Of a DNA stretch of 64,000 nt, positions 13,639 through 25,850 are shown piece by piece (the first letter of the stretch is position 1; every line of letters begins with the position of its first letter). The notes beneath the pieces are model-generated. The model was given only the letters and a program-made list of their open reading frames with translations, ran no database searches and had not been told where the DNA came from. This DNA is from Octopus bimaculoides. Taxonomy: Eukaryota. Where the stretch lies: NCBI RefSeq assembly GCF_001194135.2, contig NC_068981.1, positions 67,785,457 to 67,849,456 on the forward strand. Reading direction: 5' to 3'. The translations under genes and the position numbers were made by a program.

Positions 13639-14165
13639 TGGTCTCGGCGCTGGAGTTGGTCGGGAGTAATCTCTCCGCTGGCGATATAAACAAACAAGGG
13701 TACTTTCTGCACCAAAAGCTTATGTGAGAGTGAGATTCTCTCATAGTAAATACCGCTGTAAAATTTGTTCCAACAGAACATCCGCATATAAGTGCGAATT
13801 AATATTACCTCACTGTATTAATACTGACTGTCGTTAATATATATGTATTTTAAACAAGCTAACTGGCTAATTGCGACACCAGTGCTTGTTCTGGCACTGA
13901 TTTTGTATATATCGCTAGCTGAGTGATGAGCTGCTGCTATCTCTAGCAGTCGAGTATCCAACACTGATGAGATCGAAATCACGTGATCTATGGTCTCGGC
14001 GCTGGAGTTGGTGGCGAGTTGTCTCTCCGCTGGTGATATAAAAAAACAAGCCTTCTTTCTGCACCATAATCTTATAAGAGAGTTTCTTTTGTGGAAATTG
14101 GCAAATATCGTAGTAAAATTTGTTCTAACAGAACATACTCGTTTAAGTGGGAATAAATATTACAT
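13639..14165 (+). repeat. Diverged direct duplication with 352-bp period (about 13639-13808 and 13991-14165)
   Basis: Both copies read tggtctcggcgctggagttggt..gag...tctctccgctgg.gatataaa.aaacaag..t.ctttctgcacca.aa.cttat..gagagt ... gtaaaatttgttc.aacagaacat.c.c.t.taagtg.gaat.aata. Confidence 0.9.
13957..13993 (+). ncRNA. Candidate minimal type-I hammerhead ribozyme core (probably degraded)
   Basis: CTGATGA(13964-70)-GATC-GAAA(13975-78)-TCACGTGA-TC(13987-88). The catalytic core is intact and helices II and III are palindromic; helix I is weak. Confidence 0.4.
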
Positions 14166-14689
14166 AATTTGTCCCCATTCGCTTTTCAATATTTCGTCCC
14201 TTCCTCTTTTATTTATGGATTTATATTTTGTATTCTATAATGATGTCATATCAAAAATCATTAACTATCGTAATTTACTAATGTAAATCGTCATAGGAAA
14301 ATTAATATAGAGTGCTCATCCCACACTCTCTGTATGCCACCATCTAATTCGTTTGGTACACCAAGAAATGGAAATCATCTGACTGAACCGAGAATTCAAA
14401 ATTTGTTACAGAAATGTAGATCGATGGCTACATACCAAAAGGAAAAAAACACAACACTAATAGGATGCTGTTAGATTTAAAGTGAACAAAATAGATTGTG
14501 ACCAAAATTTTGCAAGAATTAATATCACCACATTGATACTTAAACGAACTCTTTTTCTCTGTATGCTACTCTTGCACAGAGTTCCACACATCTGAAATTG
14601 TTGATTTTGTGCCAACTGAACCTAAAGTTGATCTTCCAATTCACTTCTTTCCCCTTCGTCACTACAGTAAATTTTCTCTTATACTTTAA

Positions 14690-14886
14690 ACTGGAAGCAC
14701 AAGACCTCAAATTTGGGGGAAGGGATTACATCGACTCCAGTGCGTAACTGGTACTTATTTAATCGACCCCGAAAAGATGAAAAGTAAAGTTGACCCCGGT
14801 GGAATTAGAACTAACAACGTAACAGCAGACGAATTATCGCTAAGCATTTCGCCCGGCGTGTTAACGATTATGCCAAACTGGCCGCA
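14690..14886 (-). mobile_element. tRNA-derived SINE family 2 copy
   Basis: Reverse strand: ggcataatcgttaacacgccgggcgaaatgcttagc..gttctaattccaccggggtcaacttt..tttcatcttttcggggtcgattaaataagtaccag. Homologous to 42045-42212, 46420-46626 and 31538-31712. Confidence 0.8.
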
Positions 14887-15705
14887 TTAATTTTTTTAAT
14901 ATTAATTCGTGTAGAATCTAGGGAGGCTGTACTCTAAACACTTATCTAATTGTTCTGTCTGGGAAATGCAAACCCAACCGGATGCAAGATTTCCCTCTTA
15001 ACAATAATCTGTAATTTTTCAATTAAATATTTGCAAGACTGACCTGAAGCATCTCTTCATTTCTATCAACTAAAAACAGAAAAGCTGCTAATCTTACTCA
15101 AAATACAACCTGCAATTTACAAAGGTAGGATGTATTGAATAATGATAATCTGATAGCAGTGTATAAAGAACATAGCAGTATCGACATAGCTGGTTTGTCT
15201 CTGACCATAAGTCTACACAATCACATCATACAATAAAATAAAACAATTACTGAAAATTTGACAAAGAAAATATACTTATGCTAATTCCCAATATGCATTT
15301 ATAAAGATAGTGTTCTACATTTCTCTTAACTAACGTTCATTTTCTAAACGATTCCTGTTGGGAAAAGCAATATAGCAAATTTTCTCTCTTTCATACACAC
15401 TGTGTTTGCAGAAAAAGCGAAAACAGCAAAATCTAAAGTAGCACTATATACACTTATATTTTAGAAGAAAAAAAAAAATCGTCCATCTAACGAAAGTAGC
15501 GAAATGGAAAAGTACATGTTCTTCCACTAGTAACTTATTTCTTGGTCTTTATTAATTTACTTACTATTTTACCTTTCTCTCTTTCTTGTTGCTCTTCTTT
15601 ATTCTTTTCTTTATTTTTCTCTCTTTGTTTATTTGTATTTTGTTCAATTTTATTATTTTCTCAAATTTTCTGTTGTTTTCCTCTGCTCTTTTGTTCATTG
15701 CTTTG

Positions 15706-15727
15706 ATTGCTTCTTTCTTTCTTTATT

Positions 15728-15786
<59 letters not shown>

Positions 15787-15830
15787 CTCTTTCTTTCTTG
15801 CGTTCTTTCTTTCTTGAGTTCTTTCTTTCT
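15706..15830. repeat. (TTTC)n microsatellite within a pyrimidine-rich tract
   Basis: Direct reading. Confidence 0.95.
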
Positions 15831-17167
15831 TACATGAAACATTTTATGATTCTTTTTTGCTTTTCTTCCTTCGTCTTGTCATACTGTGTAAGCTTTTCTT
15901 TCTGTCATTTCTCGCTTTCATTCTCTCTCACACAGCCTCTCATTGTATTTTATATCTATTACCCATTCTCGTTTCTCACTCAAACACTTCACTCTCTATA
16001 ATGCACCTATTTCTCACTAGCACTATCTTGCATGTGCATCTATTTTACAGAAAGTGTTGGATCTCGTGCCAGCTTCGTCAGTGTGTGATTCGCTTGTTTG
16101 ATCAACGGAATTATATATATATACATTGAAGTAAGGTGTAAGTGGCTTGCAAATAATTTCTATGCAAACTCCACAGCTTCACAATGTGTCACTAAGAAAA
16201 TTACCTTGACTTACAGCTAAAGACCAGCGAATGTGGCCTTCTACACAGTTTCTGTTTGAGGCGATTGTAGAAAACACTTGTTCAATGTCCTACAAAATGG
16301 TATCGAACGTGAGGATTACAAAACGAATTGCTAATCATTTCTTATTTCTGTATTTTCATTTAAAGACATTATAATACAACATGAGATAGTATACATGTAC
16401 CGAAAGATATTTCAGGTTCATATAATTCCATGATGTGGTTATATGTGATTACAAACATGCTAAAATTCGAGAGAATACTGATTTTAACATATTCACTGAG
16501 AGCATGTGTGTATATGTGCGCGTGTGTGTGTCTGTGTGTGTGCGTATGACACACGTGTGTCTTTACCGATTGTACACACAATCCACTGCCGAGTTTAAAC
16601 CACTATCCGTTGTCTGGGAATTTTAATAAGAGTTCATTCTTTTGCAGCAAATCGGGTGATATGATAGGTCAGACATCTGAAGATGGCTTTTCTTCCTTCG
16701 AATAATCTATTTAAAAGTACACATGCCTGCATTCACATACAAAATCGGATAGAAGTATTTCACGTCGTCACGTCGAGGCAGTAATGGTTGGAATGCAGTT
16801 GATCATAGAATGGCTTGGTCCAACTTGGCACGCTGATGTGTGCGTGTGCATGAGAGTGAATATGCTAGGCAAACGCCATTAAAAAAAAAAACAGTTTATG
16901 TACAATGAGCATACTTTGCTCAAATCAGTGTCAATAATGGTTAGTATTTGCTTTCAGTTTCATATTATAAACAAACAAAGGTATTAATCGAGCAAATGAA
17001 GTTGACCGAACTAATAATCAGTCTACAACATATACTTAAATAACACTCGATACACTTTTAAGTTAAGAACGTATTGAACCAGTATGATTTGATTAAAATT
17101 TTGGTCTGATCCACTAACAACAATATAAACATACACACACGCGCGTGCGCACACACACAAAAGCATA

Positions 17168-17205
<38 letters not shown>

Positions 17206-20200
17206 CACAAAACACCTATACACACTCATAATTCAGTTATTCGTTCCTTCAGTCTCACCATTCACTCCATTGGCTTTTATCGCAAAACTCTCTCACTAAC
17301 ACACTTGTCGTTTCTCACTGCTCACCACGAACTATGCAATGCTCTCAATTTCCCCCCTCACACACACACCTGTCTACCAGACGTATACATATAAATAAAA
17401 AAAGATAGAGAAAAAATATAATGGTGGATATGAACATGAAAATTTAATGAGGTAAAACTCCACTCTCTTTGCAAAAAAATGATCACGTGGTATTCACGTA
17501 TTGCCGCTTTAACAATATGCAATATCAACGTTCGTATTCACGAACATCCAGCATACGCAAGTGCATCTATGTTCATAGTCATCTGCGTATTGCTATATTG
17601 CTGTACATGATTATCAGTTTTAGCGTATCTAACCAGATAAAGCTAATGGACTTTGAATCATGTCTAAGTGCTCAATTTTTATACCGGATACTGGTGAGCA
17701 AAAGGCATACTAAGCATTAAAAGGAATATTAATCGGAGAAATATTCTATTAGTCGTGATTGAAGTAGACATAGTAGTTATAGAATTAGTAGTAGCTATAA
17801 TACCAGTCGTAATGTTAATCGTTGTTATCATGCTATGGATAACACATTTCGTCACCTGAGACGTGTGATGACAAGAAAGTTGATTATTATCAATCTGTAT
17901 GCTTCGTGTAAAGTTAGATATCTCCGTAAAGGTAGATAACAGATTATAAGAAGCGAAGTATAATCCACGATTTGTAAGCAACCCGTTTTAAGGTAACTTT
18001 AAATGTATGTGAAATATAGCGATAACAAAATGATTTATTCGGTTGTATGTCTGTGTATATACAATTACGTATGCATATAATGCATAAGTACAGGCGCGCA
18101 TACACACACACACAAATACCAGCCATATCTATTCCAAATCACACATTATTGACTTAAAAGAAGAACACGCTGGTAATGTGATTCTGGGTCCCTGGTATAT
18201 GGAATGGAGGACACATTACATAATGTAGTTTTATACACATGAAAAACATTTGAACAGAGATTGTTTGAATCAGAGTTGACCTGAAACTAAATACAAATAT
18301 GAAAAAAACGAAAGCCTACAGAAGTATACCAAAACGCACTGGCGCTTTTATTAATAGTCTCCTTCTGTTGTGAGCTGGTGATGAAATTTTTAGAACATTA
18401 GAAAAATACAATGCCGTATAATGTTTCGTTCCTTGACATCGTAAATTGGTATTCTATTAGGCTGTATTTTTTTGTCTTAGAGTAATGGCACAAATGTCAC
18501 TGAAGTTTTGGAGCCAATTTATTTGACTGTTTATTTCCTAAAGTTTACGAATATAAGCAGATGATAACTGTGGCCACATTTGATATTACTGGTGGTATTC
18601 TTGTACTTTTTTGTATGTTTGAACTCCCAGACTGTGGCCATGGTGGAAGACAGAAATATTTTTTATAGATTGATTATATGACGTACATGCCTTTGTCGAC
18701 TATGAACATTTAAACTGTTGCAATATATTACAGGTCAGTAGTTGATCAAACAGTGCGAGTCCTTATCAATGAATTAAAATCGTAAGTTATCTTGGAAAAT
18801 TAGATCAATGAGTATGAGTTATAACGTATTTAAAGTTTACGGCATCTAACCTAATATTCTAAATGTATAATTGAATATTACTTAAGGAAAAATTAAAAAG
18901 AGTGAAAAGAATGATATATGTTTCACCTTGGACAACAGTTCGATATAAATATACCTACAGTTGTAACGACCTTTGGAATATAATATTTTATCCATTTCAA
19001 GGAGTTGCTTTCGATATCACAGTTAGTAAGGGTATTGAGGGTGAATGAGTGCAAGTTTGGCAACATTTGATTATAGCTTATGTAGTTGCTACAAAGATTA
19101 TATTTATCTCTATATTCAACGAAATTCTGAAATTTTGATCGGTGGTATTTCAACATAAGTCTATTTATTCATCTGTAAAATCAGAATGTTGTAATGAAAT
19201 TTCTTTTCAAGGCTGATTCATACATTTTTTTCTCTCTATTTTAATGAATTAAAATATCACTTCATTAATCAAGCACTTCAAAGGTATAAAGTAAACTGAG
19301 AAACATTTTCAGAATCTCAGGAAGAGGTACGAATTCGAATGTCGAAAATGATACGTAGTATACTGATAAGTATAGAAACTAAGTGAAGCACATGTACATA
19401 CAATTTAAAAGGCTGTTAAAAAGTATAATTTTAATTAATTTAATTTTACGCAAGTGTTTCAAATTGTTAAGTAGAAAATAAGTAGTCTTGTTCTTTTAAA
19501 AATCTGTGTTTGTACGAAGTACTTCCGTGATTAATGCGAGGAGCTGTTAATGTATTTTATAAATTAGCGTGGCATTTGTCTATTAGTCAATTAGTAACGT
19601 TATTTTAAAGAGTTGCAATAAAAATTCAAGTAAAAGTGTTAAGTCGTAATTAATATTAGCCCAAATAATAACACAGAATCAAAGAGTGAGACACAAGCTA
19701 ACAATGGATACTCGATCGGTCTCTTAGAAGTAGCAGCCAAATATCTCACAAATCTTAACTGATCATTTTGGAAAAAAAAAACACCTTAAATTGCAAGATT
19801 TAGTGTTCGTTGTGAACAGGAAAAATATCAGTGTAATTACATCGCAAAGGAGATTAAGATAGTATTGATATTGTTGATTTCTACAACTAAAGGTAACAAA
19901 AGCTAAGTGACTCAACGCTTCTTTCATCAAGGTAAAAATGGATAACCCTTTATATACGAGTCTGATATTATTAAAAAGCAGTCAGTCCTGACACCAGTAT
20001 CATTAAAAATGACACCAATAATAATACAGCAACTTTCCCGTGTACTGGGGCTGCTGCAGCATTCTAAGAGGAAAAACACAGACCAGAAGGAAATCTAACA
20101 GGAGTAGGCAACATCACAACAGTTCTCCCTAATCACTCACGGATAGAACCCATCAAAGCAATGACAGTTATGAGTCAGAAAAAAAGCAGTGACTGAGAAA

Positions 20201-20227
20201 ACAATTCCAATAACTGGTGATATAAAA

Positions 20228-20697
20228 TAGTAGTAGGCATCTGGCGGTCTCGAAAGGCCATGAATTTGCGCTCGGAGAAATCGTGTCACCAGCTGAATGG
20301 AGTGCTGCGTCTGCTGTGGCTGTAGAGGCCCACACAGGAGTGAGAGTCATTCATACAGCGACTGCATTTGAAGGAGCTCTCTGCCGGCGTTACCAGTTTT
20401 TCCTTCCGTGGACTGCGCTTTTCTTTGATGGCGAGTTCCTGTTTTTCTTCCCCTCGCTTCATCACCTTTCGCAGTATTTGTCTCCAGTGTGGGCGATTAA
20501 TTGCGACATCCCATCTCAAGATGTGGAGATCAAGCGACTTCATATCTCTCTCGCAGACGGCCTTGAAACGAAGATGGGGTCCTCGTGGTCTTGTGCCGTT
20601 GTCCAATTCCCCACACAGGAGGACTTTTGGGATTCTCCCGTCCTGCATGCGATGTACATAACCAAGCCAGTGCGGACGATGGTTCGGTTGAGGACTT
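20228..20697 (-). mobile_element. RTE-clade LINE 3' fragment with (TAC)n tail
   Basis: HWLGYVHRMQDGRIPKVLLCGELDNGTRPRGPHLRFKAVCERDMK..WRQ..FKCSRCMNDSHSCVGLYSHSRR, then a short 3'UTR catggcctttcgagaccgccagatgcc followed by tactacta. Confidence 0.9.
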
Positions 20698-20709
20698 GAC
20701 AATTGAAGA

Positions 20710-21131
20710 CATGACAATGACCGTGCCCATACTGCCTGCTCGATAACAGACTCCCTCCAACAGCATAGCATCCAGACTCTGCCATGAAGTCCGGACTTCA
20801 ACCTCATAGAGCACCTATGGGACGAAATCCAAAGAAGGCTAAATGACATCAGTCCAAAGCCGACAACTGTGGCACAATACGCTGCACGTTTTAACAGAGT
20901 ATGGGTCGTTATCCTCATAGCCCTCAGCAATCGATTGGTGGTGCGTTTAATGTTGAATGTCTGTCGGTAATCAACACTAACGGTAGTCGCACGAGATAAT
21001 GAGATCATCTCTTTGGATCCAAGACACTCCGTCATGATGTGGCACCATATAACGTCAAACATGTTTCAGGAAATGACGTTTAATCATTAAGAAAGAATGG
21101 TTGCTTTATTAGCACTCTTCAATCCATGGTA
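20710..21131 (+). mobile_element. Tc1/mariner DNA transposon 3' fragment (DDE transposase C-terminus)
   Basis: In frame from 20710: HDNDRAHTACSITDSLQQHSIQTLP*SPDFNLIEHLWDEIQRRL, matching the QDNA.PH..W..SPDLNPIEHLW consensus. The right end is estimated. Confidence 0.85.
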
Positions 21132-22033
21132 TAGCAGTCTGTTAATAAACCGGTTTTTATTTAGTACTAGCAGAAATACCCATCGTTGACTGGGTTCAGA
21201 AAGAGTCTTCAAAAGTTATTCCCTGATTTATCAAAGTTACTGCTTCGATATTATTGAATGTTTTGTAGCTGAATATCCGCAAGCTCTTGTTGAAAAGAAA
21301 ATAAACACATAGAGTAAGAAAAAAAAGGTTGTTTAGCGGTCAAGTATACACACACATATATGCATATATATATATATATATATATATATANNNNNNNNNN
21401 NNNNNNNNNNNNNNNNNNNNNNNNNNNNNNNNNNNNNNNNNNNNNNNNNNNNNNNNNNNNNNNNNNNNNNNNNNNNNNNNNNNNNNNNNNNNNNNNNNNN
21501 NNNNNNNNNNNNNNNNNNNNNNNNNNNNNNNNNNNNNNNNNNNNNNNNNNNNNNNNNNNNNNNNNNNNNNNNNNNNNNNNNNNNNNNNNNNNNNNNNNNN
21601 NNNNNNNNNNNNNNNNNNNNNNNNNNNNNNNNNNNNNNNNNNNNNNNNNNNNNNNNNNNNNNNNNNNNNNNNNNNNNNNNNNNNNNNNNNNNNNNNNNNN
21701 NNNNNNNNNNNNNNNNNNNNNNNNNNNNNNNNNNNNNNNNNNNNNNNNNNNNNNNNNNNNNNNNNNNNNNNNNNNNNNNNNNNNNNNNNNNNNNNNNNNN
21801 NNNNNNNNNNNNNNNNNNNNNNNNNNNNNNNNNNNNNNNNNNNNNNNNNNNNNNNNNNNNNNNNNNNNNNNNNNNNNNNNNNNNNNNNNNNNNNNNNNNN
21901 NNNNNNNNNNNNNNNNNNNNNNNNNNNNNNNNNNNNNNNNNNNNNNNNNNNNNNNNNNNNNNNNNNNNNNNNNNNNNNNNNNNNNNNNNNNNNNTATATA
22001 TATATATATACATCCACACATACATTAATACAT

Positions 22034-22071
<38 letters not shown>

Positions 22072-22667
22072 TGTACGTATGCGTATGTGTCTGTATTTAT
22101 GTGTGAAGCAAGTGTATGTGTCTGCTAATGTATGAATGTGAGTTAGCAATGTCCTGCACGCAACTATAACAGGATAGCAATATTGCTTTTGTCACAACTA
22201 ATGCAAGAACAATGATTTGGTTCTTGGATAAATGTCGTAAATGTTCCTAATAATTTGCTGCATTGTGTCTAATTGAATAGCACTGATTGGAAACGCGTAC
22301 TTCATTGAGCTAAAACTAGAAAGAAATAATGGATGAATTGATGAAATTCGATTACATAATTTGATTTTGCGGCTGGAGACGTGAATTAAAGTAACAAGGT
22401 GCTTATGCTTATTACTTTACCTCAAGCAACGCATACAGAACTAACTAACTATAGTGAACTTTTGACTACATCTGCCTGCAACATTTAAGTTACTTAATGC
22501 TTATCGAAGGACTCGCCATCACTTTAACTTGCAGAGTATGTAAAATTTACAATATGAGAAGTTTTATCCAGTTTTCATTTCTATTTGCACAAAAATCTTG
22601 TTTGCTTTTTATATGCATGTATGTATACATACATATATGTGTATATCTATCTATTTAACCCTCTCTC

Positions 22668-22717
<50 letters not shown>

Positions 22718-22749
22718 NNNNNNNNNNTTAAGGATTTATACACCGAGTG

Positions 22750-22788
<39 letters not shown>

Positions 22789-23257
22789 GCTGTTATATAA
22801 AGTGATATATAAAATGAATTTAACATTCTACCAAATGATAACGCATCCCTTTTTTAATAGACCATATGCCTATTTAGTTTTACAAAGAAAATAGTTGAAT
22901 GTGATTTCCAATTAATTTTCGCAAACAATAGTTTGAATGAGAGCTTAACAGCCATTATTACACTGCCAGATGGTTGAGAGTCGAAACCATGTTTCGTTCG
23001 AACGTAGTGGACACTTTTCCGTATAGTACAAGCGTCCGTACTCTTGTACAGATTTACATGAGAAACATTCAGTGGTCTAGTATTTAGGAAAGTTATTCAT
23101 TGTTGTGATTTTGTTTCTTTGTTTCCATGTTATTTTTTACTCTCTACATGGTTTCATTTAATCAATTCATTGACTCGTCCTGTACTCTCTTGTAACGTCC
23201 TGAATTTTTTGAAAACCATTAGCGAGTAAGGTAAAGTCTATTATTATTATTATTATT

Positions 23258-23742
23258 GTTCAGTAGTTTTATTTTTATAACGTGCTTTCACTTCACTACC
23301 GAGCGCAGCTCTGTGTGCCTTAGGTATGTGCTGTGGTTTGCTGTGATGCTCTTATGGTTACCGTATTGAAAGTGTTTTGCGTAGGATGTGTGCAGTGCCC
23401 AGTAGTGCAATTTTCTGTATGTTATATATATTTGTAAGTTTTGGTGTTTTTGTTATGTATCCTTTTCATTCATTTGTCTGTGGTGTTCTGGATTGGTGCT
23501 TTTTGTACGTTATTATACATCTCTACGGTCTGGGTCTGTTGCTTTTTGTTTACTTCGTTTTTGCCGGAGATGTTACGTTTGTCCTCGTGTTTTACTATCT
23601 CAGTGTTTATATTATTATTTGGCATTGTTGTGTGACTACTATCTAGATTTTCCTGATGTATTTTTCCTTTCAATTGTTCTATTTCTATTTCTGATATTTT
23701 TTTTGCTTTGAGAATGTACCTTCTTATGTTAGTTAGTTTGTT
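23258..23742 (-). mobile_element. R4/Dong LINE family A: N-terminal-like segment (about 23460-23742) joined directly to the extreme 3' end (23258-23460) with an (AAT)n tail
   Basis: C-terminus YITKTPKLTNIYNIQKIALLGTAHILRKTLSIR* plus 3'UTR ending aaaactactgaac(aat)n. The upstream NKLTNIRRYILK..EIEIEQLK segment has no RT, CCHC or RLE motif. Confidence 0.75.
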
Positions 23743-25674
23743 ATTAACTACTTGAATTTTATTCCATCCAGTCAATTTTGAGCTCAACACTAACCTCTGT
23801 CTTCGGAAATATTCCATCCTTAGTTGTTTTTTTTTTCATTTCCTTTTCCATTATGTAGTTGAACTCTAGTACACTAAGGTATTTGTATCCTTCCGTTTCA
23901 ATTTGTTTAACCAAGCCTCTATTCGGTAATTCTATCCCTGCTAAGGACTGTAGCTTGCCTCTTTTTAGGTAGATTATTCCGCACTTCTTGGCTGCAAATT
24001 CTATTCTAATATCAGTATTAACAGTGGACACTGTTCTCCAAAGAACTCACCTGTGCCCCATCTTTGCCATACAGTTTCAAATCATCCATGAAGAGAAGAT
24101 AGTTGATTGTTTTGGACTTACCCTTTAGTTGGCATCCCAGGTTTATTTTCCTAATAACCAAGATCACTGATATCATGCAGAGATCTCAAAACAACGGAGA
24201 TAGGTTAACACCCTGGCAAATCCCTCTTCTGATACCCAGGGTGCCCAAGCATTTCCATAAGATGTCAGTTCAGTTTTCCATCCCAACATACTTCTCGTCA
24301 GGAAACACGTTACATTCCTTATAATTCCAAACAGATCTAAGCACTCGATGATCCACTAATGTGCAATCATATCATAAGCTTTGCAGTAGTCAATCCACGC
24401 TATCCCTAGATTTGTTCTCCATTTTCATTCTTGCATGAACATTTTGTCCATCAATAGTTGATCTTTGTTACTTCTGGATTTCCTCCTACAGCCCATTTGT
24501 TCGGGCAGTGACATACCGTTCTCATCAAGAAATTTATCTAGTTCTTTTTGCAATTTCTCCTCACAATAACTTCCACAGTAATGGGGGCAGAAAATTGGTC
24601 TATAATTGTCAGCAACATTCCCCTTTGAGGCATCCTACAGGCACTACACTGTTCATTCTTTTGTCAACCAGCTCGAATTTTCTTCTCCATTGATGAATGC
24701 ATTAAATTGTTCTGTGATAAATTTATAGCAACTATTGAACTTTCTTTTATCCAAAATCCCTGTACACCATCACGTCTTGCTGTTCCAATTAATTATCATT
24801 TTACTCACATTTCTGATACTGTCTTCTGTGAAGTGGATACGCTCTTGCTAGGGATAAGAAGTTGTTTGCTTCAGACTGAAAAGCCATTCAGCTGTAGTAT
24901 TAGTTTGCTCTTGCATACTTCATATCTTACCCCAGAAAATTTACTTTCATCAGCATCAGAAAGTAATATTTCACGTATTTCATCACCATTAATCTCTTGA
25001 TAAAATCTCTTTTGGTCGGTCCTAAACAATTTTGTCTTGTCGGTATTGCTTAATCTGTTGTTCAAACCTAGTTAGCTTTGCTTTTTTTTTCTTTTGCCAG
25101 TATGCACTACTTCAGTTTTTCAATTACAACATTCAGACCTTTTATATCTACATCATACTTCTTAATGCTATCGAATTTCCATTCATTCTCAATTTTTTCA
25201 TTTCTTTCCCTGACAGGTTTTGACACTATACTGTTCAAAAGAGTGTGTATATTCAGAAATTCTACTTTTCCTCTTCTATCCGTCGCTCAGTAGTACTCAA
25301 TTCTATCACCACTATCCTACTAACAGCCTTCATAAGATTAGTTGTTTCTGTGATGTTCTTTGTTTCAATGTGCTTCAATACATTATTGACTTTCCTAGTC
25401 TCTTGATGAGGTTAGCCTTGGTTAGCCTTCCTAAAGTCGCACATAAATTCTGTCCTTTCTGTATTTAATAAGTCCAGAATTCTGTCTATTTTTAATCGAT
25501 CTTCATTGTTTTAATAGTAATTGATCTCAATTCTTTCACGGTTCACGATATCGTATTCTTGCAAAGAATTGTCCATCCCTTCCTCTATACCACTTTCATT
25601 TCTCGCATGCCCAGCATCATCCGATAACCTTCTTTTAATAGCTTCTAGCTCCACTTTTGTTAACCATCCATTCT
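23743..25674 (-). mobile_element. R4/Dong LINE family B, decayed N-terminal region plus RT domain
   Basis: Ordered motifs: [16 protein letters not shown]; FRTDQKRFYQEING; RDGVQGFWIK; NYRPI; EQMGCRRKSRSNKDQLLMDK; WIDYCKAYD; RRGICQGVNLSPL; YLLFMDDLKLY (about 24070-24100); KKCG; GYKYL; EYFRRQRLVLSSKL. Confidence 0.92.
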
Positions 25675-25850
25675 ACTACCGGAGCACCCAAGTGGATTCA
25701 AATGGCGTGCCTATCAGAAGATACACAAAACGAATGCACACTGAATGGAAGGCAATGGAACTGTTTGAAATAACTGAACAGAGATTATGTGACCAAGCAA
25801 GAGCAATACTAAAGAATGGATATTTAATAGAATTGGAGGTAGAAACGATT
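25674..25850 (+). mobile_element. Inverted 5' segment of an R4/Dong family B LINE, ending in (ATT)/(GTT)n
   Basis: [58 protein letters not shown]; its end overlaps in element coordinates with the start of the minus-strand piece ([11 protein letters not shown]). Confidence 0.8.
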
